From NCBI RefSeq assembly GCF_009931435.1, contig NZ_CP043414.1: 64,000 nt of DNA; one strand, written 5' to 3'. A program made the translations under genes and the position numbers. Origin of the DNA: Escherichia coli (lineage in GTDB: Bacteria > Pseudomonadota > Gammaproteobacteria > Enterobacterales > Enterobacteriaceae). Below, one piece after another: positions 27,435-37,647 of this stretch (position 1 is the first letter of the stretch; every line of letters begins with the position of its first letter). The notes beneath the pieces are model-generated. The model was not told the origin of the DNA, searched no databases, and saw nothing but the letters and a program-made list of their open reading frames with translations.

Positions 27435-28855
27435 ATACCTTATTTAATCAGCCTTTGAAGGTCGTGAACGCGGGACTACACAGTTTTGCTGACAATATTC
27501 AACATGCCGGGGGAAGCGCAATTGCACTCAACTGGCAGCCACCAGCACAAGGCGATATTGACGCTGGATTGGATCTGGCATCGTTGCTACGTCATCCACT
27601 AGTAGAAAATGCCAATCAAATCGCCATGACACGTTATCTCGAAGCACAACCCGTGCTGGTGGATGTCATGCTCGCTAAAGAGGCCATTCCAGCAATGGCT
27701 GAACAAAAACGTATTTTGCACTCTGGTCCGCCGATTGCCTGGGAAGAGATGTGTGGTCCGGTAAAAGGGGCGATTATTGGTGCCATGCTGTACGAAGGTT
27801 GGGCCACCAGCCAGCAAGACGCTGAAAACCAGATAAACACAGGCGAAATCGACCTTGCCCCTTGTCATCATTATCACGCGGTTGGACCAATGGCAGGCAT
27901 CATCAGCCCGTCGATGCCGTTATGGGTGGTAGAAAACAAAACCAACGGCCACCGTACTTTTAGCAATTTCAATGAAGGTCTGGGTAAGGTTCTCCGTTTT
28001 GGTGCCAATAACGATGAAGTTCTCAATCGTCTGGCCTGGATGCGCGATGAACTGGCACCGGCAATGAAAGCAGCAATCGCACAACACGGCGAGCTGGAAC
28101 TCAAGCCATTAATGGCGCAGGCGCTGCATATGGGGGATGAAGTTCATAACCGCAATGCTGCCGCTACCGGTTTGCTGATTAAGCGCCTGCTCCCGGCATT
28201 GCTGGCCTGCTCTATTCCACAGGAACATATCCAGCGCGTCGTGGCATTTATCACCAGTAACGATCACTTCTTCCTCAATCTGTCGATGGCTGCCTGTAAA
28301 GCGATGATGGATGCCGCCGCCAATGTACCGTTCAGTTCAATGGTTACGGTGATGGCGCGTAACGGGGTGAATTTTGGTATTCGGCTTTCCGGTACTGGCG
28401 ATCGCTGGTTCCAGGCTCCTGCCAATGCAGTTGAAGGTCTGTTCTTCCCCGGATTTGGCGTCGACGATGCCGCTGCTGACCTGGGTGATAGCGCAATTAC
28501 CGAAACCGCAGGTGTGGGTGGCTTCGCGATGGCGTCATCTCCAGCGATCGTCAAATTTGTGGGAGGCACCCCTGCCGATGCCACCAATAACAGCCGTAGG
28601 ATGCAAGCAATCACCCTCGGTGGTAACCCCGCATTTACACTTCCTGCCCTCAATTTTGCCCCCACCGCAGCAGGGATTGATGCGCGTAAAGTGACCGATC
28701 GCGGCATTTTACCGGTCATCAATACGGGTATCGCCCACAAACAAGCGGGGGTCGGGCAAATTGGTGCCGGGATCACCACTGCGCCGATGGCCTGTTTTGT
28801 CGCCGCTGTACGTGCACTGTCTGAGATCGTCGCAAAGGAGAACCATCATGGTTAA
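27431..28855 (+). CDS. DUF1116-family protein (YlbE/YahG-like)
   Basis: Track ORF 27380..28855 trimmed to MNTLFNQPLKVVNAGLHSFADNIQ...; ATGA overlap with the FdrA-like stop. Confidence 0.65.
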   Translation: MNTLFNQPLKVVNAGLHSFADNIQHAGGSAIALNWQPPAQGDIDAGLDLASLLRHPLVENANQIAMTRYLEAQPVLVDVMLAKEAIPAMAEQKRILHSGPPIAWEEMCGPVKGAIIGAMLYEGWATSQQDAENQINTGEIDLAPCHHYHAVGPMAGIISPSMPLWVVENKTNGHRTFSNFNEGLGKVLRFGANNDEVLNRLAWMRDELAPAMKAAIAQHGELELKPLMAQALHMGDEVHNRNAAATGLLIKRLLPALLACSIPQEHIQRVVAFITSNDHFFLNLSMAACKAMMDAAANVPFSSMVTVMARNGVNFGIRLSGTGDRWFQAPANAVEGLFFPGFGVDDAAADLGDSAITETAGVGGFAMASSPAIVKFVGGTPADATNNSRRMQAITLGGNPAFTLPALNFAPTAAGIDARKVTDRGILPVINTGIAHKQAGVGQIGAGITTAPMACFVAAVRALSEIVAKENHHG

Positions 28856-29804
28856 GCCACTGGCTGTTGTCGCAGTTGGCGGCAATGCGCTCATTCAGGA
28901 CGAGCAACGCAATAGTATTCCCGATCAATATGTTGCAGTGATGGAAAGCGTGCAGCATATCGTTGATATGGTTGAAGCCGGATGGGACCTGGTGCTTACC
29001 CACGGTAATGGCCCGCAGGTGGGCTTTATTCTGCGCCGCTCTGAACTCGCCAGTAACGAAGTTTCTCCGGTTCCACTTGATTACGCCGTGGGTGATACAC
29101 AAGGTGCAATTGGCTACATGTTCCAGAAAGCGCTGCATAACGAATTGGCTCGCCGTGGCATAAACAAACCGGTAATTGCGCTGGTGACACAAACGCGAGT
29201 CTGCCCACATGACGATGCTTTCACCAGCCCCAGTAAACCGATTGGCGCGTTTCTCGATGAAGCAACGGCCCTACAACGCCAACAGCAACTCGGCTGGACG
29301 CTGATGGAGGACGCCGGGCGTGGTTGGCGGCGTACAGTTCCCTCTCCTGCGCCACTGGAAATTATTGAGCACGACACCATCGCTCACCTGGTGCGCCAGG
29401 GATATCTGGTTATTGCCTGCGGCGGTGGCGGTATTCCGGTGGTGCGAGACGGACAACAACTGAAAGGTGTGGAAGCCGTGATCGATAAAGATCTGGCCTC
29501 CGCGCTGCTCGCCAGTCAGTTAGGCGCAGATCTGCTGGTGATCCCCACCGGTGTAGAAAAAGTGGCGATTAACTTTGGTACACCACAACAACAGTGGCTC
29601 GACGCTATCAGCGTTGCCGAAGCGCAAACGCTGTTACGGGAAGGTCAGTTTGGTGTCGGCAGTATGCAGCCCAAAGTGGAAGCCATTGTTGATTTCATCA
29701 ATGCCAGCCAACAACAAGGCAAACAGGCCAGCGGCCTGATTACTTCACCGCAAACCATAAAAGCAGCCCTTTCGCATCAGAGCGGCACATGGATAACCCT
29801 TTAA
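28848..29804 (+). CDS. Carbamate kinase-family protein (ArcC/YahI-like)
   Basis: Track ORF 28761..29804 trimmed to MVKPLAVVAVGGNALIQDEQ... after AAGGAG RBS; amino-acid-kinase fold signatures (AVGGNAL, THGNGPQVG, VIACGGGGIPV); overlaps upstream gene by 8 nt. Confidence 0.75.
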   Translation: MVKPLAVVAVGGNALIQDEQRNSIPDQYVAVMESVQHIVDMVEAGWDLVLTHGNGPQVGFILRRSELASNEVSPVPLDYAVGDTQGAIGYMFQKALHNELARRGINKPVIALVTQTRVCPHDDAFTSPSKPIGAFLDEATALQRQQQLGWTLMEDAGRGWRRTVPSPAPLEIIEHDTIAHLVRQGYLVIACGGGGIPVVRDGQQLKGVEAVIDKDLASALLASQLGADLLVIPTGVEKVAINFGTPQQQWLDAISVAEAQTLLREGQFGVGSMQPKVEAIVDFINASQQQGKQASGLITSPQTIKAALSHQSGTWITL

Positions 29805-29820
29805 TTCTCTGGAGAACTCA

Positions 29821-30210
29821 ATGACTACAACACTTTTAGCCGTTAACGGAACGCTGATGCGTGGCCTGGAACTCAACCCAAATATGCAAAAAGCGGGCGG
29901 CATTTTTGTCCGTGAAGACCGAACTGACGCCCATTACAGGTTGTGGAGTATTAACGATCGTCATCCGGGAATGATTCGCGTGAATGAAGGAGGAACACAC
30001 GTCGACGTAGAAATTTGGCAATTACCACTGACCAGTTTTGCCGCTCTGTTAATGAGCGAACCCGCTGGGCTGGCAATTGGCAAAATCAAACTTGCCGATG
30101 GTAGCGAAGTGCTGGGCGTACTGGCAGAAAACTGGCTGACCGAAGGCCAACGGGAAATTACAGAACTGGGTAGCTGGCGCAAATACACCGGGCATTTTCA
30201 TACTGTGTAA
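29821..30210 (+). CDS. Small protein, possibly gamma-glutamylcyclotransferase / AIG2-like fold
   Basis: 129-aa ORF MTTTLLAVNGTLMRGLELNPNM...; the N-terminal [YV]G[ST]LM/K motif resembles GGCT-like proteins; weak assignment. Confidence 0.4.
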   Translation: MTTTLLAVNGTLMRGLELNPNMQKAGGIFVREDRTDAHYRLWSINDRHPGMIRVNEGGTHVDVEIWQLPLTSFAALLMSEPAGLAIGKIKLADGSEVLGVLAENWLTEGQREITELGSWRKYTGHFHTV

Positions 30211-30235
30211 CGCGCATTTTTAAAGGGAACATACT

Positions 30236-31459
30236 ATGCGTAAAAAAGAAGAGAATCTGAATACAGCATCAGGATTGCGTATTGCCATGATTTTACTGGG
30301 TATTGCCGTCACACCTGTGCTGTTGTCATCCTCAAGCCTCGGCAATCAACTTTCCAGCGGCAGTTTAATTAGCGTCGTATTGTTAGGCGGCGTCATTCTG
30401 ACCTTACTTTCAGCCATCACCATTAGCGTGGGAGAAAAAGCCCGCCTGCCAACGTATGGCATTGTGAAATATTCGTTTGGCGAAAAAGGGGCCATCGCCA
30501 TTAACATTTTGATGGCGATAAGTCTGTTCGGCTGGATTGCCGTTACCGCCAATATGTTTGGTCATTCGGTACATGACTTACTGGCTCAACATGGACTGGA
30601 AGTTCCACTAGCACTGTTAGTGGCTGCTGGCTGTGTCATTTTTGTCGCCTCTACAGCATTTGGTTTTGCCGTTCTGGGAAAAATTGCCCAGGTTGCCGTG
30701 CCGGTTATCGCGCTGGTGCTGTGTTACATCCTCTATGTGGCAACCCATACCGAAGTGGCAGCACCAGCGGTGATTGTGGAGATGAATACGGGTGTCGCTG
30801 TTTCCACCGTTGTTGGCACCATTATTGTGCTGGTTGCCACACTGCCTGATTTCGGTAGTTTTGTGCATAACCGCAAACATGCGCTGATTGCCGCAGGCGT
30901 GACGTTTCTGGTTGCCTACCCTCTGCTCTACTGGGCGGGAGCAACGCCGAGCGCCATTAGTGGTCAGGGATCTTTACTGGGTGCGATGGCGGTATTCGGT
31001 GCGGTTCTGCCCGCGGCGCTGTTGTTGATTTTCGCCTGCGTCACCGGTAACGCGGGCAATATGTTCCAGGGCACGCTGGTGGTTTCCACACTGCTTACCC
31101 ACTTTCCCAAATGGCAGATTACCGTGGCGCTGGGTATCCTTTCCGCCATCGTAGGCAGTCTGGATATTATGGCGTGGTTTATTCCGTTTCTGCTGTTCCT
31201 GGGTATCGCCACGCCACCCGTTGCCGGAATTTATATCGCTGACTTTTTCCTTTATCGCCGTAATGGCTATCAAGAGTCAGTGTTAGCCCAGGAGTCACAG
31301 ATCAAAGTGCTGACATTCGCAGCATGGATCATAGGTGCAGCGGTTGGCTTTATGACCGTAAAAGGCTTATTCACCCTGACGACAATCCCTTCGGTAGACT
31401 CGATTCTGGTGGCATGTATCGCGTATGCGATTCTCAGTCGGGCAAGTCAACGCCGCTAA
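30236..31459 (+). CDS. Polytopic membrane permease, possibly nucleobase-cation symporter (CodB/NCS1-like)
   Basis: 407-aa highly hydrophobic ORF with about 12 predicted TM stretches; family assignment tentative. Confidence 0.5.
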   Translation: MRKKEENLNTASGLRIAMILLGIAVTPVLLSSSSLGNQLSSGSLISVVLLGGVILTLLSAITISVGEKARLPTYGIVKYSFGEKGAIAINILMAISLFGWIAVTANMFGHSVHDLLAQHGLEVPLALLVAAGCVIFVASTAFGFAVLGKIAQVAVPVIALVLCYILYVATHTEVAAPAVIVEMNTGVAVSTVVGTIIVLVATLPDFGSFVHNRKHALIAAGVTFLVAYPLLYWAGATPSAISGQGSLLGAMAVFGAVLPAALLLIFACVTGNAGNMFQGTLVVSTLLTHFPKWQITVALGILSAIVGSLDIMAWFIPFLLFLGIATPPVAGIYIADFFLYRRNGYQESVLAQESQIKVLTFAAWIIGAAVGFMTVKGLFTLTTIPSVDSILVACIAYAILSRASQRR

Positions 31460-31536
31460 TTCCTGGGTATACTCAGGCAATGATTACGGCTGAATCTGGA
31501 GAGATTCAGCCACTTTACCACTGACCAGGGAGCCTT

Positions 31537-32433
31537 ATGTTCATCTCAGACGAAACGCTTCGTGTTATTCATCTGGTCGCCAGACACCAGAGCATTACCA
31601 CCGCAGCCGAACAGTTAAATAAAGTCCCTTCCGCCATCAGTTACACCATCAAGAAAGTGGAAGAGAGCCTGGGCGTTGAACTGTTCATTCGTAAGGGACG
31701 CTATATTGAATTATCTCCGGCGGGGAGTTACTTCATCGAACATAGCAAAACTATTCTGGGCGACCTGGAAGCATTAAAGCGCAACACAGTGCTGATTCAC
31801 GATGGTATTGAACGTGAACTGACAATTGCGGTGAACAATATTATTCCTGGTGATTTGCTGGTGGCATTTATTCGAGATTTTGAACGGCAATTCACATCAA
31901 CAACACTGACGGTAGATCTTGAGGTATACAACGGCTGCTGGGATGCGCTGTACAGTAAGCGTGCTGATCTGGTCTACGGTGCTCCTCATGCAGTGCCAAG
32001 CAGTGAAGGCATCATTAGCGAACCGGTCGGACAAATGGAATGGGATTTTGTCGTCAGCCCACTCCACCCACTGGCAGCGAAGCGGCATCCATTAGAAAAC
32101 AGTGAATTGCGTCATTATCCAGCGGTTTGTATCCGCGATACCTCCGTTAACTTCCCCCCGATGCAAGCCTGGCTGTTGGAAGGACAAAAACCGATTTTTG
32201 TTCCTGACTTCGCTACGGCAATCGCCTTAATAGAACAAAACGTCGGTATTGGTTATATTCCACATCATCTGGCATTGCCGTTATTGAACAGCGGTAAATT
32301 GCTTAAAAAGCCAATGCGCGAACATAAACACGCCACCAAGTTATTTCTTGCCGCTCGTTCCGATGGTATGGGCAAAGCCTGTCAGTGGTGCATAGAATAT
32401 TTAAGAAATCCGCAATTAATTTTCTGTTCCTGA
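31537..32433 (+). CDS. LysR-family transcriptional regulator
   Basis: 298-aa ORF with N-terminal LTTR helix-turn-helix SITTAAEQLNKVPSAISYTIKKVEESLGVELFIRKGR; GGGAG RBS. Confidence 0.75.
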   Translation: MFISDETLRVIHLVARHQSITTAAEQLNKVPSAISYTIKKVEESLGVELFIRKGRYIELSPAGSYFIEHSKTILGDLEALKRNTVLIHDGIERELTIAVNNIIPGDLLVAFIRDFERQFTSTTLTVDLEVYNGCWDALYSKRADLVYGAPHAVPSSEGIISEPVGQMEWDFVVSPLHPLAAKRHPLENSELRHYPAVCIRDTSVNFPPMQAWLLEGQKPIFVPDFATAIALIEQNVGIGYIPHHLALPLLNSGKLLKKPMREHKHATKLFLAARSDGMGKACQWCIEYLRNPQLIFCS

Positions 32434-32462
32434 AGATCCACATCATACCTGGCATACATAGC

Positions 32463-32495
32463 AAAATGGCTTCCGGTGTTGGAAGCCATTATTGT
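32463..32495. terminator. Bidirectional terminator between the LysR gene and metE (convergent)
   Basis: Perfect hairpin AATGGCTTCCGGTGTTGGAAGCCATT flanked by T-runs on both strands. Confidence 0.6.
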
Positions 32496-32526
32496 GCTGC
32501 AATTTACAATGACTCGTTAATACTCA

Positions 32527-34788
32527 TCATCCCCGACGCAAATTCTGCGCCGCCTGCACCATGTTCGCCAGTGCCGCGCGGGTTTCTGGCCAGCCGCGCG
32601 TTTTCAAACCACAGTCCGGGTTAACCCACAGACGCTCTGCCGGAATGCGTTTTGCCGCTTTCTTCAGCAGGGACTCAATCCATTCCACGCTCGGTACGTT
32701 TGGCGAGTGAATGTCATAGACGCCTGGACCAATTTCATTTGGATAATCAAACTCTTCAAACGACTCCAGCAACTCCATGTCGGAACGCGAGGTTTCGATT
32801 GTGATGACGTCAGCATCCAGCGCCGCAATCGAATCCATGATGTCGTTGAACTCGCAGTAACACATGTGAGTGTGGATTTGCGTGTCATCTTTCGCTACGG
32901 CAGCGTTGATACGGAAAGCCTCCACGCCCCACTGGAGATAGGCATCCCAGTCGCTGCGACGCAGTGGTAAACCTTCGCGCAATGCCGGTTCGTCAATCTG
33001 AATGATGCCAATTCCAGCGGCTTCCAGATCGGCCACTTCATCACGCAGCGCCAGCGCAATTTGTTTGGCGATGGTTTCACGGCTGACATCTTCACGCGGG
33101 AACGACCAGCAGAGAATGGTCACCGGGCCAGTCAGCATCCCTTTCACCGGTTTGTCGGTCAGCGATTGCGCATACTTTGCCCACTCCACGGTAATCGGTG
33201 CCGGGCGGCTAACGTCACCAATGACAATCGGCGGTTTCACGCAGCGGGAACCGTAGCTCTGTACCCAACCGTTTTGTGTAAAGACAAAACCGTCGAGGTG
33301 CTCACCAAAGTATTCCACCATGTCATTACGCTCGGCCTCACCATGCACCAGCACATCCAGACCCAGACGTTCCTGCTCAACAATGGCCTGCTTGATATGT
33401 TCTGCAATGCCCGTACGATAGTTGTTGGCGTCGAGATTACCCTTTTTGAAATCCAGACGCAGGGTACGGATTTCTGTGGTTTGCGGGAAAGAGCCAATCG
33501 TGGTGGTCGGCCACGCGGGCAGTTTAAAACGCGCACGCTGGGCTTCAGCACGCACTTCATAGACATTCGCACGCTGACTGTCCTGGGCGGTGATCGCCGC
33601 CAGACGCTTTTCTACTGCCGGATTATGTACACGAGTAGAGTGACGACGCGCCTGAATCGGTGCACTCCACTCTGCCAGAGCTGCCGTGTCACCACTGTTC
33701 AGCGCATCGCGCAGCAATGCCAGTTCATGGCATTTTTGCAGGGCGAAGGCAAACCAGCTTTTCACTTCTGCATCAAGACGCGTTTCCACGCTCAGGTCGA
33801 TAGGGCTGTGCAGCAATGAGCAGGAAGATGCCACCCACAAATCACGTTTGCCGACAATGTCCTTAATTTGCGCATATTTCTCGGTAAGATCGGCGCGCCA
33901 GACGTTACGACCATTGATAAGACCAGCAGATAGCAGCCAGTCAGAAGGCAGACGCTTGTGCAGTTCAGCAACGTCATCTTTACCATGTACGAGATCGACA
34001 TGCAGACCCTGAACAGGCAGCGCAGTAATGGTGTCGAGGTTTGGCGTTACGCCTTCAAAATAGGTAGTCAGCAGCAGTTTCACCTGGCCCTGGAGCGCGT
34101 CGTAAGCGGGTTTATAGGCGTCCAGCCACGCCTGCGGCAGTTCCAGCACCAGCGCGGGTTCGTCGATCTGTACCCACTCAATGCCACGTTTTGCCAGTTC
34201 TGCCAACACTTGCTGATAAACCGGCAGAATGTCGCTCAGCAGGCTCAGGCGATCAAACTGTTCACCTTTCACTTTACCCAGCCACAGGTAGGTAACCGGT
34301 CCCAGCAGCACGGGCTTGACCTTGTGGCCCAGCGCCAGCGCCTCGTCCACTTCCTCCAGCAGCTGCGTCCAGGTCAGTTTGAACTGTTGGCCTTTAACGA
34401 ACTCCGGCACCATGTAGTGATAGTTGGTGTTAAACCATTTGGTCATTTCCGCTGCCGCCGCAGGTTCGCCAGTCGGTGCACGTCCACGACCAATACGGAA
34501 CAGAGTGTCGATATCTACCGAACCATCTTTGTTCTGGTGACGCGCCGGAACGTTACCCAGCAGCAGACTGGTGGTCAGTACATGATCGTACCAGGCAAAA
34601 TCGCCCACCGGCAGCAGGTCGATACCCGCTTGCTTTTGTTGATCCCAGTGACGAGCACGCAGTTCACGCCCTACCGCCAGCAGTTCTTCACGCGTGGAGT
34701 TCCCCGCCCAATAACTCTCTTGCGCTTTTTTCAGCTCGCGACGCAGGCCAACGCGAGGGAAACCGAGGGTGTGATTCAATATTGTCAT
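32527..34788 (-). CDS. metE: Cobalamin-independent methionine synthase MetE
   Basis: 753-aa [33 protein letters not shown]...; matches MetE. Confidence 0.97.
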   Translation of the reverse strand: MTILNHTLGFPRVGLRRELKKAQESYWAGNSTREELLAVGRELRARHWDQQKQAGIDLLPVGDFAWYDHVLTTSLLLGNVPARHQNKDGSVDIDTLFRIGRGRAPTGEPAAAAEMTKWFNTNYHYMVPEFVKGQQFKLTWTQLLEEVDEALALGHKVKPVLLGPVTYLWLGKVKGEQFDRLSLLSDILPVYQQVLAELAKRGIEWVQIDEPALVLELPQAWLDAYKPAYDALQGQVKLLLTTYFEGVTPNLDTITALPVQGLHVDLVHGKDDVAELHKRLPSDWLLSAGLINGRNVWRADLTEKYAQIKDIVGKRDLWVASSCSLLHSPIDLSVETRLDAEVKSWFAFALQKCHELALLRDALNSGDTAALAEWSAPIQARRHSTRVHNPAVEKRLAAITAQDSQRANVYEVRAEAQRARFKLPAWPTTTIGSFPQTTEIRTLRLDFKKGNLDANNYRTGIAEHIKQAIVEQERLGLDVLVHGEAERNDMVEYFGEHLDGFVFTQNGWVQSYGSRCVKPPIVIGDVSRPAPITVEWAKYAQSLTDKPVKGMLTGPVTILCWSFPREDVSRETIAKQIALALRDEVADLEAAGIGIIQIDEPALREGLPLRRSDWDAYLQWGVEAFRINAAVAKDDTQIHTHMCYCEFNDIMDSIAALDADVITIETSRSDMELLESFEEFDYPNEIGPGVYDIHSPNVPSVEWIESLLKKAAKRIPAERLWVNPDCGLKTRGWPETRAALANMVQAAQNLRRG

Positions 34789-34922
34789 TTTTCTTCCTCT
34801 AATTATATGTAAATCCTATGGATTTTGAATTTAGGGAAGGCGGCAAGTTTATTCATCCCCGGGAGCTTACTGAAGTAAGTGACCGGGGTGAAGAAACGCA
34901 GCCAACGCACCATAAATTTAAA

Positions 34923-34960
34923 AGACGAAGGATTTTAGCCGTCCAGATGTTTACACATCC
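34923..34960. promoter_or_regulatory. Tandem MetJ 'met box'-like repeats in the metE-metR divergent control region
   Basis: Tandem 8-mers resembling AGACGTCT (AGACGAAG, AGCCGTCC, AGATGTTT, ACACATCC); MetJ repression of metE/metR is established. Confidence 0.45.
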
Positions 34961-35023
34961 ATAATTGGCGGTTACTGTATATTCCTCAAGCGCAAATTAT
35001 TCATGCCGAAGTGAAGGACTTTC

Positions 35024-35977
35024 ATGATCGAAGTAAAACACCTGAAAACGCTACAAGCGTTGCGGAACTGCGGCTCACTCGCAGCCGCTGCGGCGACGTT
35101 GCATCAAACGCAATCCGCCCTGTCTCACCAGTTTAGCGATCTGGAACAACGCCTTGGCTTCCGGCTATTTGTGCGTAAAAGCCAGCCGCTTCGGTTTACA
35201 CCGCAGGGAGAAATCCTGTTGCAACTGGCGAATCAGGTGCTGCCGCAAATCAGCCAGGCACTGCAAGCCTGCAATGAACCGCAGCAGACGCGCCTGCGCA
35301 TTGCCATTGAGTGCCATAGCTGTATTCAGTGGCTGACGCCCGCGTTAGAAAATTTCCATAAGAACTGGCCGCAGGTGGAGATGGATTTTAAATCGGGCGT
35401 GACGTTTGACCCGCAGCCCGCGTTGCAGCAGGGTGAGCTGGATCTGGTGATGACCTCCGATATTCTGCCACGCAGTGGCCTGCATTATTCGCCGATGTTC
35501 GATTATGAAGTGCGTCTGGTGTTGGCACCTGACCATCCACTGGCGACAAAAACGCGAATCACGCCGGAAGATCTCGCCAGCGAGACGCTGTTAATTTATC
35601 CGGTGCAGCGTAGCCGACTGGATGTCTGGCGGCATTTTCTTCAGCCCGCAGGCGTTAGCCCGTCACTGAAAAGCGTCGATAACACCTTGTTGTTGATTCA
35701 GATGGTTGCCGCACGGATGGGCATCGCTGCGCTACCGCACTGGGTGGTGGAGAGTTTTGAACGCCAGGGTCTGGTGGTCACCAAAACCCTGGGCGAAGGC
35801 TTGTGGAGCCGACTGTACGCCGCCGTGCGCGATGGCGAGCAGCGTCAGCCGATTACAGAAGCGTTTATTCGCTCAGCGCGCAATCACGCCTGCGATCATC
35901 TGCCGTTTGTGAAGAGCGCGGAGCGACCCACTTACGATGCACCCACAGTGAGGCCAGGATCACCAGCGCGCCTGTAA
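35024..35977 (+). CDS. metR: LysR-family activator MetR
   Basis: 317-aa [52 protein letters not shown]...; matches MetR. Confidence 0.95.
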   Translation: MIEVKHLKTLQALRNCGSLAAAAATLHQTQSALSHQFSDLEQRLGFRLFVRKSQPLRFTPQGEILLQLANQVLPQISQALQACNEPQQTRLRIAIECHSCIQWLTPALENFHKNWPQVEMDFKSGVTFDPQPALQQGELDLVMTSDILPRSGLHYSPMFDYEVRLVLAPDHPLATKTRITPEDLASETLLIYPVQRSRLDVWRHFLQPAGVSPSLKSVDNTLLLIQMVAARMGIAALPHWVVESFERQGLVVTKTLGEGLWSRLYAAVRDGEQRQPITEAFIRSARNHACDHLPFVKSAERPTYDAPTVRPGSPARL

Positions 35978-36764
35978 TAAACGTTGGCCAGTGCGGCTGT
36001 TGGTGCCAGATAGCCAGGTTAACCAACAGCCCTGCCGGAACGTGCATATTATTCATAATGCCCAGCGTTCCGGCGTCCACCTGAGTCGCGCCGTAGTTCC
36101 ACATAAAGTAGCCAATCCCGGAGGCCACCACGCCAAGAAACACCAGAATGCCCCATTGCAGCGTGGTTTGCGGCATTTTCTGCGCATTTCCCAGCAAAAA
36201 CCATGCAATCACTGCCACCAGAAACGCGCCAAGATAGAACCACGCAAAGGCGTTATGCTGTGGCATCGGACGAGTTTCCATCAGGCGTTTGTAACCCACC
36301 ATGCCGATAGCAAAAGTGATATTGGAGAGTTGCACCAGCAGCAGGCCAGTCCAGAAGTGGTCGGTGACCTGATCATAGCGAATAATTCCGGCACCAATCA
36401 CCGCCAACAAGGCGCTAAAAGCATAGCCCCAGCGCAGACGGCGCTTACTCATGATGTCATAAATCAGCGTGATGTAGAGCGGCGTCAGTACGGTGAACAG
36501 CAACAGCTCGGAGACCGTCAGGTAGAGATAGGCGCGAAAACTCAGCATATACATCACGCCAAGCTGCATCGCGCCCACCAGCATATACAGACCGACCGTT
36601 TTCAGGCTATTGCCACGGGTACGCAGAAACGGCAGAAACACGAGTGCCGCCAGGCCAACGCGCACCAGCACTGCAAAATAGCTATCGACGTGCCCCGCAA
36701 GGTACTCGCCATAAAAGCTAAAGGAGAAGGCCCACAGAATCGTGGTGATGATAAGTAGCGCCAC
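35865..36764 (-). CDS. bioP: Biotin transporter BioP (YigM), EamA/DMT family
   Basis: Track ORF 35865..36839 trimmed to an in-frame GTG giving (M)[23 protein letters not shown]... (299 aa); 3' end overlaps metR convergently. Confidence 0.8.
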   Translation of the reverse strand: MALLIITTILWAFSFSFYGEYLAGHVDSYFAVLVRVGLAALVFLPFLRTRGNSLKTVGLYMLVGAMQLGVMYMLSFRAYLYLTVSELLLFTVLTPLYITLIYDIMSKRRLRWGYAFSALLAVIGAGIIRYDQVTDHFWTGLLLVQLSNITFAIGMVGYKRLMETRPMPQHNAFAWFYLGAFLVAVIAWFLLGNAQKMPQTTLQWGILVFLGVVASGIGYFMWNYGATQVDAGTLGIMNNMHVPAGLLVNLAIWHQQPHWPTFITGALVILASLWVHRKWVAPRSSQTADDRRRDCALSE

Positions 36765-36839
36765 AATGGAAAACTCTTTGATTAACGAGTATCCATTGTA
36801 GCGAAGTATCAGGTTGACAACTGGCCAAATAAAGAACAA

Positions 36840-37640
36840 TTACGATAAATAGAGTTTACGCAGATAATGCGGCACCGCATCGTCGGCATTAGTACCAATC
36901 ACTTCCAGCTCCGGATGCAGATCTTTCAGACGCTGGTGCGCACTGCCCATAATGCAGCCTTTACCTGCCATCGACAGCATTTCGGCGTCGTTCATCCCGT
37001 CACCAAAGGCAATACAATCTTTCAGACTGTAGCCCAGTTTCTTCGCCACCGCTTCCAGGGCATGGCCTTTTGAAACGCCGCCCGCCATCACTTCCAGACA
37101 AGTTAGGGTAGAGAAGCTGACGTTGACGCGATCGCCCCAACGAGCGTTGATTGCCTGTTCCAGCGGCAGCAGTTGTTCATGAGAATCACAGGTGAAGAAC
37201 ACTTTGCTGACGCCTTCCGGATCCAGTAATCCTGGCTCATACAGCGCATATTTGAACACCGCTTCTTTAAAAAAGCGCATCTCTTCCGGGCGGTGGCGAT
37301 TCATAAACCATTCGTCGTCGCGATAAACGTTAGTAATGATGTCCGGGTTGTCGTTGACCACGCCAAACAGATCGCTGGCAATGTCGCGATCCAGGTTATG
37401 AGCAAAAATCAGATTGCCATCCAGATCATGAACGCGCGCGCCATTGGAGGTAATCATGTAAGACTTAATCTCCAGATTATCGCGAATTTGCCCCACATCA
37501 ACGTGGTGGCGACCGGTCGCAAACACAAAGTTAATGCCGCGCGCGGTGAGGAGCTTCAGAGTTTCTTTGGCGTAAGGGGATAACGTATGGTCGGGAGAAA
37601 GTAACGTGCCATCTAAATCAGACGCAACAACCTGGTACAT
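36840..37640 (-). CDS. yigL: HAD-family sugar/pyridoxal phosphatase YigL
   Basis: Track ORF 36840..37766 trimmed to MYQVVASDLDGTLLSPDHTLSPYAKETLK... (266 aa); DxDGT HAD motif. Confidence 0.9.
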   Translation of the reverse strand: MYQVVASDLDGTLLSPDHTLSPYAKETLKLLTARGINFVFATGRHHVDVGQIRDNLEIKSYMITSNGARVHDLDGNLIFAHNLDRDIASDLFGVVNDNPDIITNVYRDDEWFMNRHRPEEMRFFKEAVFKYALYEPGLLDPEGVSKVFFTCDSHEQLLPLEQAINARWGDRVNVSFSTLTCLEVMAGGVSKGHALEAVAKKLGYSLKDCIAFGDGMNDAEMLSMAGKGCIMGSAHQRLKDLHPELEVIGTNADDAVPHYLRKLYLS

Positions 37641-37647
37641 AAGAAAT

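Noticed and set aside
16390-32440. Mobile-element hallmarks (integrase, transposase, tRNA attachment site, long direct repeats) at the boundaries of the two metabolic islands
   Set aside because: None seen; the boundaries show only REP elements, terminators and one inverted repeat, so the islands are reported as accessory gene blocks rather than mobile elements.
33061-34812. Two long + strand ORFs (252 aa and 284 aa) across metE
   Set aside because: Both are antisense to metE, which matches MetE along its whole length; no independent support.
35991-36758. 255-aa + strand ORF over bioP/yigM
   Set aside because: Antisense to the membrane transporter gene; translation is His/Gln/Arg-rich with no start context.
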